A stretch of 63,759 nt of DNA, counting the filler, from Octopus bimaculoides (taxonomy: Eukaryota), in assembly GCF_001194135.2 (NCBI RefSeq). It is 11 parts of 9 records of this genome, joined end to end, with 100 filler letters (N's around TTAATTAATTAA, not from the genome) between each part and the next. Parts side by side here need not be neighbours in the genome. Positions count along the whole stretch, not along the records: positions 1 to 14,784 come from NC_069004.1; positions 14,885 to 16,759 come from NW_026376265.1; positions 16,860 to 18,085 come from NW_026307866.1; positions 18,186 to 21,434 come from NC_069002.1; positions 21,535 to 33,110 come from NC_069005.1; 6 more parts are not named here. One strand, written 5' to 3'. The translations under genes and the position numbers were made by a program. Positions within the stretch are counted from its first letter, which is position 1; every line of letters starts with the position of its first letter. Shown here one piece after another: positions 12,783-26,162 of the stretch. A model generated the notes under the pieces. The model saw only the letters and a list, made by a program, of their open reading frames with translations, searched no databases and was not told the origin of the DNA.

Positions 12783-14197
12783 TATACATGTATAGCTACA
12801 GAAGAAATTTATTCATATGTGCAATATATGTTTGTGCATGCATACATACATACATACATACATACATACGTAATACATATATACATACATACATACAAAC
12901 AAACATGCATACATTCATACGTGCAGACATTCACACATTCACAGACATACGAGAACATGCGACTAAATGTTGAAGAAGATGAAATAGAGGACTCAATACT
13001 GGTTACTGAGATGATTAAAGAGTAAATTTTATTTAAGAGAATCATTAGTTCTTCCAAGCGACCAAATTGAAAGAAATAATACAACATACTTTTATAGAGA
13101 TGTAGTAAACACATCCACGCACACACACGCTCGGACACACATACACGCTTATACGTATGGGTGTACTCCCGTGTGTTGTGTGTGAATAAATTTATGAGTA
13201 TGTATGTACGTATGTATGTATGTATGCATGATGTATGTGTGTATATATATATATATACATATATATATACACACACACACACTCACATGTATATAGCTAT
13301 GGAACAGATATATTACTAAGTGCATGTCTATATCTGTGCATACATGCATACATACATGGATACATAAATACATACATACATACATACACACACACATATA
13401 TATGTGTGTGTGTGTGTGTACATATATATGTATATATATCTATATACACACATATATTAATATTTATCTACATATGCACTTNNNNNNNNNNNNNNNNNNN
13501 NNNNNNNNNNNNNNNNNNNNNNNNNNNNNNNNNNNNNNNNNNNNNNNNNNNNNNNNNNNNNNNNNNNNNNNNNNNNNNNNNNNNNNNNNNNNNNNNNNNN
13601 NNNNNNNNNNNNNNNNNNNNNNNNNNNNNNNNNNNNNNNNNNNNNNNNNNNNNNNNNNNNNNNNNNNNNNNNNNNNNNNNNNNNNNNNNNNNNNNNNNNN
13701 NNNNNNNNNNNNNNNNNNNNNNNNNNNNNNNNNNNNNNNNNNNNNNNNNNNNNNNNNNNNNNNNNNNNNNNNNNNNNNNNNNNNNNNNNNNNNNNNNNNN
13801 NNNNNNNNNNNNNNNNNNNNNNNNNNNNNNNNNNNNNNNNNNNNNNNNNNNNNNNNNNNNNNNNNNNNNNNNNNNNNNNNNNNNNNNNNNNNNNNNNNNN
13901 NNNNNNNNNNNNNNNNNNNNNNNNNNNNNNNNNNNNNNNNNNNNNNNNNNNNNNNNNNNNNNNNNNNNNNNNNNNNNNNNNNNNNNNNNNNNNNNNNNNN
14001 NNNNNNNNNNNNNNNNNNNTATATATATAAATGTGTGGATATATACACATTCATTTTCATGCGTCCGCGTACACATATGAATGCATGTATGTATGTATGC
14101 ATATATGTGTGTATGTATGTATGTATGTATGTATGTATGTATGTATGTATGTATGTATGTATGTATGTAGGTATGTATGTACCTGCTTTTAAATTAT

Positions 14198-14695
14198 ATC
14201 TTTTACTTGTTTCAGTCATATGGCTGCGGTCATGCTGGGCCGCCGGCTTGGAGAATTCTTAGTCGAATGTATAGTCTCCAGTGCTTATCTTTTTAAAGCC
14301 GGTCAGTTACTGTGTCGGTGTTATTTGCCGAAGCGCTAATTTATAACGACGTAAATACACCCACACCAATTGTCAACCGCTAGTGTGGAACAAACACAGA
14401 CACACACACACAAACGCGCGCGCACACACATACACACACAGACACATACACGCACATACACATATGCATACACGACGGGATTCTGTATATATATCGTGGA
14501 CGGGCCCAATGTTATTTTTTCAAGATTGTACCCAGCATTCGATGGTTTTCTTTCATTTTCCAGCTACGAAATCCATCTATAAGGCTTTGGTCGGCCCGAG
14601 GCTACAGTAGAAGAAACTTGACCAAGTTACCACGCAGTGGGACTGAAGTCAGAATTATGTGAGTGAGAAGCAACTTTCTTACCACGCACCCATGC
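14198..14695 (-). mobile_element. SINE family B with expanded internal (CA)n
   Basis: Tail 14198-14380, head/core 14535-14695. Confidence 0.78.
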
Positions 14696-17600
14696 ACATA
14701 CAATTAGGCGTGGCAAGAAGCGCACAAGTATATTGGTAGCCAAACATACGCACATTTAAAATATATATATATATATATATATATNNNNNNNNNNNNNNNN
14801 NNNNNNNNNNNNNNNNNNNNNNNNNNNNTTAATTAATTAANNNNNNNNNNNNNNNNNNNNNNNNNNNNNNNNNNNNNNNNNNNNTTTAATTTCAGTAAAA
14901 TTTGCGGAGTTGGAATAGGGAAATACTACTCTAAAACGTCTGAGGAAAACTGATACATCCATACATGCACAAACACATGCAAGCATAGTAATAATCTTGC
15001 TTTAACACCTAATTCTGAGAGTGGAATTAATACTAAATCGTTTGACCATGAGTACCGCATGCGAGTGAATAAGCGTCATCGTAATTCCAAAAACTGAATT
15101 GTTTCCTTTAGAAAATCAATGTTTAATGAAGAATATTGTGTATCGAATTAAGGTCATTACCAGATGTTCTACCTCTTCTTACATAGGGCCTTCTACTGCA
15201 AAATCTAGATTGTATAACTATTCTTCTCCATTTAAGTTTACAAGAGAATTATTTCAATACTAAATAACGCAAGAATTATAATTGCTTATAATCTAATAAG
15301 TATAGTTTTTCTAAAAGCTATTTTGATATATATGAAAGCTAGATAACTAAATACTGTGACGTAGAATTACTGCGCTTAGTGTTTTTCTTTTGTTATCAAT
15401 TGACCTCATCAAGCACATACATGCAAAACAGGATTTCCTTGGAATAGTATGTCTTTTGAAAGTTCTTTTTGTATGCGTTTATCTATTGGAGATATTTTCT
15501 GTTCACTTTCAGTTTAGCCCATTTCGAACTGTCTTCATGACATTGTGTTAGTATATGGCTTCGAGTATGTCAACTTTACTTACATTTAGTATTATTTTTC
15601 TATTTCAAAATATGCAGTCACAATAGGAACGATCGTTAGTGACGTATAGGGTAATACTAATTTAAAATATAATTTTCTTCATTCTTGTTCTTGTCATAAG
15701 CTCTGAATTTCTTGAAATTTATCTAGGTGATATTAGCATTTACTTTGTCATACATAAGAATATTAATTCTTTTTCAATTTGTTGGTATCTGGTTATTTTA
15801 TATAGTTAAGCAAGTTCGTTTAATATTGAGGGTTTTCCAGATATCTGCCTGGATATAGTAATCATTCTTTGTGTGTATACATATACATGTATATATATAT
15901 ATACATATTTCCTAACACACTAATTCCATTTAATGACAATTATAATCCTCCTTTTTGGTGAAACATTGCAAACTGCTGTTTATATTAATTTTATATCTAC
16001 ACTTTAGCAAATCGCTAAATCATCCTTTTAATTTGGATGACGAAAACATAAATATTTATGGGGAAGCGAGTCCGAAAAGTGCTGAAAAATCGAGCGGCCT
16101 TAGCAGATGAAATAACTGGAATTGTCGAAATTGACGTCAGTATTAAGAATTCACGATCGGCACTTTTCGGACGATTATGTCCCCCGTTAGTGTATATGTG
16201 TCCATACATGTGCGTTAACTACTGCGTTGTAGCAGTTTAGCTCTTATATTTAGCAATGTAGGTGTTTACTAACACCCTAGTCATATTTAGTGACAATTAT
16301 AATTCTCTTTTTTGGTGAAACATTGCAAAGTGTTGTTTATACTATTTATATGCATGTGTATGTGTGTGACTATATACATACAAAATATACCCATACGTGT
16401 ATATGAGTGTATGTCTATATCTATAATTACATACACGCACATCGATTTATACATATACAAATGTATGAATCTAATGAAAATAGCTTCCTACCACAGCTAC
16501 AAACGTAAACATAAGTGCAGATTCAAATCGATCAGCTGTAAACTTGCCTATGCTGCTTTATATTATTTTGCTTGAAACCTTTTGCAAATTATAATTATTT
16601 GGTGAAAATAATCCCTATCTAAATACAAAATTATAACATTTTGTATAAATATCTATTCTTGCCCAGATATCAGTTGTAACAAACTGACGTGTCAGGAAAT
16701 GCCGGGAGCAAATTGCAACTGTCAAATACATGACCTGCAATCGTACATGTATATTCCATNNNNNNNNNNNNNNNNNNNNNNNNNNNNNNNNNNNNNNNNN
16801 NNNTTAATTAATTAANNNNNNNNNNNNNNNNNNNNNNNNNNNNNNNNNNNNNNNNNNNNTGTATTGTTTTATGCGTGTAATATTCCTTTTTGAATTCAAC
16901 TTTACAATTACTGAACCAGGTAGCACTTTTCCACCATCTCTGAAAAGATGTTAATTTTTAATTTTCTCAACCCCACTCCAAACTGTAATAGTGTTCTCAT
17001 TTAGTGGTTCTTTGGTTTGGGAAATTTATATTTCCATTTGTTTCTGGGTTGATCGGAACTTTTGTTCTTTAGTGTTAGCCCTCGATCGTAATAGTTAAAT
17101 TTCCATCTTGAACATGCCAAGAGCAGCCATCTCTTACTTTTCTTTGTTCAAGTTATTGAGGGAGAGATTTAATTTGTAAATTCCTTGTCAGGAGAATCGG
17201 TGTTGAACTAATCCACAACTTATATGTTATGAATTTGCCCTTATTTTTTTCAGCGTAATCTAGAAGGCAAATGTTCGGGTTGTGACGTTCGAATTCCAAA
17301 TTTGATTTAAGCTATATTTGATTGAATGTTTGTAGTTGGAGATTGGTATCGTTGTGTTTCCGGTTTATTTTTTTTTCACGGTTTCTGTAACATTATAGTC
17401 TTTCATAATTTGTTTTAAGGTTTGACTAATCTCCATTTGTTGAGTCCGACCGCTACATTCATTGATTTCTTTGTTATGAATCTGCATTTCGTTAGTTTTT
17501 CTAGATTGAGAATTGAGAAAAGTTCTCTTTTAGTTTCGTTCTTGATATTTGAATAATAAAAAGACTAAAAAATTGAAACCGACGACATATACTTCAAACT

Positions 17601-18447
17601 AACAGTGCTGATTTCTTGATAATCAAAACATATCAAAATAAGTATACCGTTTAATTTTGCACGAATAATGTCCATTCGATTCAAAGAATTAAAACTACTA
17701 GTAAGACAGTATCCAATATAATTATTTGATAACAATAGAAGTTGCGAAAGCAGTAAACACGAAAAAAATTACGCACACACGCTTTCTCAATCTCCGGCTT
17801 AGCGATTTAGCATTCGACAGACATACACTCTTAACATAATTCCCTTGAGAATCAGCGTGACACAGTGCCTATATGTAAGAAAGGTGTACTTTTGTATTAC
17901 AGTTACAATCTATAGGATCAGCTTCTCTCAGTTTCACTCACAATGTATGCGGCTCCCCGCCATCATTGAAAATTACCCAAGATGCCACACTTGGACTGAA
18001 ACTGGAATCTCGTGTTTGCGAAGTTAACTTCATAACTAGTCAGCCATTCTGAGCTTGAATGTTTATATACATACACACACACACANNNNNNNNNNNNNNN
18101 NNNNNNNNNNNNNNNNNNNNNNNNNNNNNTTAATTAATTAANNNNNNNNNNNNNNNNNNNNNNNNNNNNNNNNNNNNNNNNNNNNTATATATATATAGGT
18201 GTATAGATATGTATATATATATATATATACAGGTAGATTTATAAACGCATATGCATATATAATACACATATATATGTAAGCTTGTACTGTATACTTCTAT
18301 ACGACTGAGTGTGTGTGCGGAACTGTATGCTTGTGTGTATATGTATAATTTTTGATTCAAAGTATGTATGTGTCTCTCGGTATAGGCGTAGGAGCAATAT
18401 GTACGTGTGTGTGTATGTGTGTGTGTATGCGTGTGATTGTATGCATG

Positions 18448-18491
<44 letters not shown>

Positions 18492-20094
18492 TAAGCTTCC
18501 GTGTGAAGAAATTGTTCTAGTGTTCTACATTCTACTCGACAGTAACATCAATAAACATTGTACTAGTGTAACAGAGCAAATATACTGTGACTTTGTATGA
18601 CCTGTTTGTATTGTGTTTGCATCACATTTGAAACCTGGTGGTCATAGGTGATCAAGAACGACTCCGTCGGGGAAGCCGCATAACATTAAGTTCATTGGGC
18701 TGGAAAAAATATAGTAAGAAAAAAGATAGAAAATACATGATTCTTAGACTTTCTTTGAATAGGAAACACACATTTGCACATACATGTATATGAATCATAC
18801 TCACATTTCTAAATGTATGGATATGTGTATATACGTAGAGATAGGTAGATAAATAAATAGATAGACACAATATACATATTTATACGTAAAGGCAGTAGGC
18901 GTTTTAGATTGCTTGTGTGTACTTATATATACACACGTACATATCTGCATGTCTTTCTACCAATCTATCTACTTATCTTGATTTTCAATTTTTAATTTTC
19001 GATTAGCCCCTATATATATATATANNNNNNNNNNTTCAAATTAATATGTAAGCCAAAATGTCGCGGTGCTTAAGTAAATAGAAAAATTAGAATGTAAGCT
19101 TGTGCGCTCATGATTTCTTGATCAAGTCATTCTTTTTCTTAATCCCATATAATCCATGCCCTATGGTTTTTGAATTAAACAGTACAAAACCTATATCACA
19201 CTGCACTGCAGATCACATCAAATCTCTAATAAGTGTTGTTGCAATCGCCAAAGGAACCTAATTTTTTTAAACGTTTTTTGTAGTTTTTGGCCGAAAATGT
19301 TTGGTTTGCTCATTGGGTAACGGAAACATGAGCATTTCGAATTCCCACCATATTAGCTTCTGTTGATATTATCCCATAAATTATTTCATAAATGCGTATT
19401 ATTTGCCTTGTACGTGTTGACTCTGCTGTTCTTGATGTTTTCGTTGTATCTTTTCCTTGGTGTCATCTGACTGAGTAGTTTTTTGAAGCAGATCATATAT
19501 TGTATATGTCTCACTTTACAGTATAGGATAATTGAAGCACAGCCTATGCATATTTATATTACTCGCCCCAGATAGCGGTATAGTGAAGAATGTAGGCTCT
19601 GACGTAGTAGCAACCACAGTTTCTTCCGACTATACTTTATCTCTTAATTGAATATTGTCGCTGGGTGTTTTGGTTGCTATTTCCAGTGTCAAAATGTTGG
19701 TAGATATTTTGGACACACTTGTTTTTGAACATTATACAAAAATATCAATGTTAGAGCACTTTTGGACTTATGACTAGTCATTTAGAACAGATCAGTGATC
19801 AAACTATAATAATATTAAAAAAAAAACATTTTTAGTTGCACCTTATGCGACATACTTAGCAATTCATATTTCAACCAGAATATTTTAATTATGTTCAGTG
19901 AGTAAATAGACTTGATTGCATTTAAACACTAAAAGCAGTATAAGAGATACGAATGAGCTTGTTAGCAACTAATAAAATATGACTATTAAGTCGTTATCAT
20001 TATTAGTTGTCATCTGTTCTCAACAGGTTCAATATCAGTGTTCTTCACTCTACACTTTTTTTCTGTCAGTCTTTCTCATTCGCTATGTGATAAT

Positions 20095-20900
20095 TTAGCC
20101 CCATCGTTGATATCACCACACACATTTATTCTACGTCTTCCTCTCGTACCTTAGCTATTTATCTTTTTTTCTAAGAACAGCCGTTGAATATTTTGTGCTC
20201 TTACTATAGCACCATATTATTTTAAATTCAAATTACGATTAACGTAAATAAACAAACGAAGTTTGATTTTAGAAGCGTTGAGATGTCTTTTAGAAAGTTA
20301 AAGAACTGATTTTAAATTCTCAATCGCAGAATAATGCTAATAATATAGCCAGAACAGCTAACCACCTACACTTTTGTCAGCAAAATATTATTTAAGTATA
20401 TCTAATAGCTAATATAGATTACCTTTTTCTAATTTTTAGTTGCATCAACACTTCATTACTTTTGTTTGACCAGGGTACTCGCAACTTTCTTCTCTGTTCA
20501 CATTTCAAAAGAATCTATTATCTGAATGCCCATGGTTCTGTACCATTTAATAATGTGGACAATATATACTATATACACAACATTTTTCTTCTTTCCATAA
20601 GTATATTCCATCATAATAACGGCTTGACAAGTTTTCAAACGTTCACCTAGCAATTATTTTCTTCGTGTAATTAGTTTTACATTTACCATTTTCAAATTAC
20701 ATAAAACCAAAGCCATATTCTAAATTTCTTCTATTACTGTTCCATTTGCGTTTAAACTGATGTAAGAAGGTGCTACTATTTTGCTGACTGCAATAGCTTA
20801 CATCTTTTTAGGTGGTTACACAATTTCGTATTAATCATTCACCCAATTAATTATGTACTCTTAATCTTTTAACGCATATAAGCTAAGCCTAATTTACAGT
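20095..20900 (-). mobile_element. Decayed RTE-clade LINE (RT C-terminal region)
   Basis: Broken translation ILSTLLNGTEPW...FEM...RRKLRVPWSNKSNEVL and LFLEKKINS.GTRGRRR, matching RTE motifs (STLLYG.E.W, FEMW, GKIEGKR.RGR). Confidence 0.65.
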
Positions 20901-21403
20901 GGTTCAGTTCATAAATCTTTTGCCTTTTTAAAACAGTAGTAATAACATTTCAAGTATCAATGATTGCTATTTCTAAACAGATCGTTAGATATCTTTAAAT
21001 GAAACCCTACAACAAAATTCCGTCTTAATTTTCGATAGGTTGAATCTCTCTTCAGCTATTATTCAGTTATTCGGAGATTTAAGAAGAGATACACTTACAG
21101 TATACTATAAATCACATAATAGCATTGCCTAGGAAAATGAAGGAAATTTACCCTCCAACTAATGTTGTTAATAACACTTAGCTCTTTTATGGGATGGAAA
21201 GGACAAAGTTGAAAGCATGAAATAGTAGTAAGGATGCTTGACATTTTATTAAGAGTATTCAATGCAATCAATTATAATGGATGACAATTGTTGCTTAGAT
21301 ATCAACATTATATGTATGTTCGTGTGCGTATCTATGTATGTATATATGGATGTATGCGTAAATTTGCATATACATATATGTAAATAGATAGAAAAACACG
21401 AAG

Positions 21404-21434
<31 letters not shown>

Positions 21435-21667
21435 NNNNNNNNNNNNNNNNNNNNNNNNNNNNNNNNNNNNNNNNNNNNTTAATTAATTAANNNNNNNNNN
21501 NNNNNNNNNNNNNNNNNNNNNNNNNNNNNNNNNNATTCCTGTTTAGATTTGATTTGTATAGTGTGTTGTAAGCGTGCTTTGTTTCAAGTGCATCTTCTTT
21601 ATCTTTTACTTGTTTCAGTCATTAGATTGCGGCCATGCTGGGGCACCGCCTTGAAGAATGTTTTGTA

Positions 21668-21857
21668 TTACGTTCCCAAAAATCCCGCGCGATAGGTGAA
21701 AAAAACCACGAAGAAGAAACAGTATTTTTTTAAAATCATTTTTAGAATTTTTATATATTTATTTTATTATAAATGCAAAACAACACCACAGAGGAATCGA
21801 CGTAAGCTGAAATAATAAACCGCGATAGGTGAAGCGCGATATCACAAGGGATTGCTG
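21668..21857. mobile_element. Tigger-like MITE fragment (one terminus)
   Basis: Ends CGCGATATCACAAGGGATTGCTG|TA (reverse complement CAGCAATCCCTTGTGATATCGCG), with an internal repeat of CGCGATAGGTGAA; partner TIR not found. Confidence 0.6.
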
Positions 21858-22114
21858 TATATAGCACATTAAATAACACTGCTGTTATTTAACATCCGGT
21901 TTTAGTATCCAATGCGAAACCGATCAGTAAGAGCAGCTATAATGGATCTATAATAACATGTACTTTGATTAATATAACCTACTCAATAGGCAAATAAACG
22001 AGTTTATCTTATTTCTGCAAATATTTACACAGCTTACAGCGCTTACAAAGCTAATAGTCATTCTGCATAACTAGTTTCTAACACGATTCTTAGACGACTA
22101 TATATATGTGTGTA

Positions 22115-22175
<61 letters not shown>

Positions 22176-22412
22176 NNNNNNNNNNNNNNNNNNNNNNNNN
22201 NNNNNNNNNNNNNNNNNNNNNNNNNNNNNNNNNNNNNNNNNNNNNNNNNNNNNNNNNNNNNNNNNNNNNNNNNNNNNNNNNNNNNNNNNNNNNNNNNNNN
22301 NNNNNNNNNNNNNNNNNNNNNNNNNNNNNNNNNNNNNNNNNNNNNNNNNNNNNNNNNNNNNNNNNNNNNNNNNNNNNNNNNNACACACACACACACACAC
22401 ATATATATAGTG

Positions 22413-23000
22413 TAAGCAGAGTTAGCGGTTATAATAACCGACTAAGGGATAAAATATCCGTATATACTATCGGTATCCGTTACCCTTCTTATCCCCGGGC
22501 ATTGATGTGCAGGAACACCATGCACGTAGAGTGCAGGTAACAACAGGATAAACAAGAGTTTATCAGGAACCAATGCAAATAATCAGAAAGATTGAGAAAA
22601 CCTCAGATTAACAAGCACATCGATTGGACCCCATTTATAGCTTATTTTTTAATACAAAGCATGACATAACAAATAGGTGACGTAACATATCTTACGGCCG
22701 TTTCTGATCCGTTGCCAAAAAGCTGTCTATAAATAAATGCGAGAATAAAGTTCTTCCTCTTCATAGGACATTCGAATTAAGGCAGAGTAAAACACAAGAG
22801 CATGCAAAGGGAAGAAGGAAAAAAAGAAAAGAAGGAAAACAAAGGGAAGAAGGAAAAGGAAAGAAATCATGGCCTAGAAAAAAGTCTAGATGCCTAATAT
22901 GTTAAAAGCATATAATTTACCATCTAGGGGCTACGAGGTCCGTAGGTAAAAGAGTGAGCTAGTAATGGGCTAGGCAATGCTACAATTTATTAACAGGCGG
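22413..23000 (-). mobile_element. Penelope-like element 3' end / pseudo-LTR
   Basis: Degenerate ORF end FYLRTS*PL at ~22930-22955, pyrimidine-rich UTR, hammerhead-like GAAAC-GGCC-GTA motif and a terminal hairpin (22432-22446). Confidence 0.5.
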
Positions 23001-23031
23001 ATGTATATAAATATATGTATATAAATATATG

Positions 23032-23075
<44 letters not shown>

Positions 23076-23077
<2 letters not shown>

Positions 23078-23201
23078 TAATCGCTGACCAAAACATTCAA
23101 TTTTTTTTTCTCCGTGTTTTTCTCCTTGATTTCTCCGTATTCTTTCTGTTGAAGAGCGTAGGCTCGAAACGTTAAAGACTTTCTGTATTCCCGAGCGTTA
23201 A
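23076..23201 (+). mobile_element. Penelope-like pseudo-LTR fragment
   Basis: Carries CTGTTGAAGAGCGTAGGCTCGAAACGTT, the hammerhead-type motif typical of PLE termini; bounded by (TA)n and a gap. Confidence 0.6.
23141..23178 (+). ncRNA. Minimal type I hammerhead ribozyme-like fold (core variant)
   Basis: Helix I TCTTT/AAAGA; core CTGTTGA; extra A; helix II GAGC-GTAG-GCTC; GAA; palindromic helix III ACGT; predicted site GUU at 23173. Confidence 0.6.
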
Positions 23202-23747
23202 NNNNNNNNNNNNNNNNNNNNNNNNNNNNNNNNNNNNNNNNNNNNNNNNNNNNNNNNNNNNNNNNNNNNNNNNNNNNNNNNNNNNNNNNNNNNNNNNNNN
23301 NNNNNNNNNNNNNNNNNNNNNNNNNNNNNNNNNNNNNNNNNNNNNNNNNNNNNNNNNNNNNNNNNNNNNNNNNNNNNNNNNNNNNNNNNNNNNNNNNNNN
23401 NNNNNNNNNNNNNNNNNNNNNNNNNNNNNNNNNNNNNNNNNNNNNNNNNNNNNNNNNNNNNNNNNNNNNNNNNNNNNNNNNNNNNNNNNNNNNNNNNNNN
23501 NNNNNNNNNNNNNNNNNNNNNNNNNNNNNNNNNNNNNNNNNNNNNNNNNNNNNNNNNNNNNNNNNNNNNNNNNNNNNNNNNNNNNNNNNNNNNNNNNNNN
23601 NNNNNNNNNNNNNNNNNNNNNNNNNNNNNNNNNNNNNNNNNNNNNNNNNNNNNNNNNNNNNNNNNNNNNNNNNNNNNNNNNNNNNNNNNNNNNNNNNNNN
23701 NNNNNNNNNNNNNNNNNNNNNNNNNNNNNNNNNNNNNNTGTGTGTAC

Positions 23748-23789
<42 letters not shown>

Positions 23790-23826
23790 TTATATATCTA
23801 TATGTATATCTATATCTATTTATTTA

Positions 23827-23862
<36 letters not shown>

Positions 23863-24223
23863 CCGAATTGTAATTTGTTTTGGTTTCTGTCGCTGCTCAG
23901 TGCTCCGGTGTCCTCAGGAGCTGCCCTTCTCCATCAAATTGTGATGAAGACATCTAGCCCGAGGAAAGAACGCTGACGGCTAAAATGTCTGGTGCAGATA
24001 TGACTGTATGTCTCTTGCAGCGATGCTGCGACTAACAGGTCTGCAGGCTGTGGTGAGGGATAAAATGGAGTTCATTGTTTATGCACATTCAGAGACAAAT
24101 TACGTATGTATATACATATGTATGTATATAAATATGTATGTATATATAAATATATATAAATATATATATATTTACACACACGCACACACACATGCACACA
24201 CACACATGCACACTCATGCACAC

Positions 24224-24258
<35 letters not shown>

Positions 24259-24932
24259 GTGTGCCTCTGTGTGTATATGCATGTAAATATACATGCATAA
24301 TACATATGCCCATCGATAAATGTATGTATGTATGAGATTTGTGTGTGCATGTATATGCGCTTGTGCGTGTGTGTATATGTATATACATATATATATATAT
24401 ATATATACATAAACACACATATATATAAATTTATATACATATGCACACACATATATATATGCATACATACATACATGCATACATATATACGTACATACGC
24501 ACGTGTATATATATATATATATATATATAGATATACGCACGTAGCATATATGTGCATTTCTGTTTATCATTTCGATGCACAAGGCAGAAAAATCATCAAG
24601 CGGTGAGCTGAGTTTTTTTGGAAATAAACAGATAAATAACTAAAGAAAGAGAGAAAGTAAGAAAATCTGTAAGAACGTCAACAAAAGGAAAGGAAAAGAA
24701 AAAAAACCCAAGCGAAACTAAAACGTAGAAGAGGAAAAGTACTAAACAATACCAAAGTAATATAAAAGAAAAAATATGTGAAGAAAATAGTTGGATCAAG
24801 AATTTTATAGTGGATTTGATAAAGATTGAAGAAAGTTATCAGGTGACTTAACAATCAATGACTTGGTTGTTCCAATATTTATTGGATTATTGATTTATAT
24901 ACATACATACATATATATTATATATATATATA

Positions 24933-24988
<56 letters not shown>

Positions 24989-25739
24989 NNNNNNNNNNNN
25001 NNNNNNNNNNNNNNNNNNNNNNNNNNNNNNNNNNNNNNNNNNNNNNNNNNNNNNNNNNNNNNNNNNNNNNNNNNNNNNNNNNNNNNNNNNNNNNNNNNNN
25101 NNNNNNNNNNNNNNNNNNNNNNNNNNNNNNNNNNNNNNNNNNNNNNNNNNNNNNNNNNNNNNNNNNNNNNNNNNNNNNNNNNNNNNNNNNNNNNNNNNNN
25201 NNNNNNNNNNNNNNNNNNNNNNNNNNNNNNNNNNNNNNNNNNNNNNNNNNNNNNNNNNNNNNNNNNNNNNNNNNNNNNNNNNNNNNNNNNNNNNNNNNNN
25301 NNNNNNNNNNNNNNNNNNNNNNNNNNNNNNNNNNNNNNNNNNNNNNNNNNNNNNNNNNNNNNNNNNNNNNNNNNNNNNNNNNNNNNNNNNNNNNNNNNNN
25401 NNNNNNNNNNNNNNNNNNNNNNNNNNNNNNNNNNNNNNNNNNNNNNNNNNNNNNNNNNNNNNNNNNNNNNNNNNNNNNNNNNNNNNNNNNNNNNNNNNNN
25501 NNNNNNNNNNNNNNNNNNNNNNNNNNNNNNNNNNNNNNNNNNNNNNNNNNNNNNNNNNNNNNNNNNNNNNNNNNNNNNNNNNNNNNNNNNNNNNNNNNNN
25601 NNNNNNNNNNNNNNNNNNNNNNNNNNNNNNNNNNNNNNNNNNNNNNNNNNNNNNNNNNNNNNNNNNNNNNNNNNNNNNNNNNNNNNNNNNNNNNNNNNNN
25701 NNNNNNNNNNNNNNNNNNNNNNNNNNNNNNNNNNNNNNT

Positions 25740-26085
25740 ATATGTATTATATATATATATATATATGTATTATATATGTATTATATATATATATATATAT
25801 GTATTATATATATGTATTATATATGTATTATATATATATATATATATATGTATTATATATATGTATTATATATATGTATTATATATATGTATTATATATG
25901 TATTATATATGTATTATATATGTATTATATATATGTATTATATATGTATTATATATATGTATTATATATGTATTATTTTTATGTATTATATATATGTATT
26001 ATATATGTATTATATATATGTATTATATATATGTATTATATATATGTATTATATATGTATTATATATATATATATATATAAATAT
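25740..26085. repeat. 11/13-bp minisatellite (TA)nTGTAT
   Basis: Units TATATATGTAT and TATATATATGTAT. Confidence 0.92.
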
Positions 26086-26162
26086 AGATACACATACATA
26101 TATACACACACATACACACACACACGCACACACGTTTGTGTACATTTAGATGTACGCACATA

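Noticed and set aside
1785-14262. Long ORFs in the track made of X runs and Y/I/H/T/C/V repeats
   Set aside because: Artefacts of N gaps and dinucleotide/tetranucleotide microsatellites.
14829-14840. TTAATTAATTAA flanked by exactly 44 N on each side, recurring at 14829, 16804, 18130, 21479, 33155, 36157, 48244, 53425, 56758, 61506
   Set aside because: Artificial six-frame-stop spacer in 100-bp unknown-size assembly gaps; not biological.
17000-17560. Strand-biased segment with LINE ORF1-like or GIY-like words on the minus strand
   Set aside because: Too many stops and frameshifts to assign.
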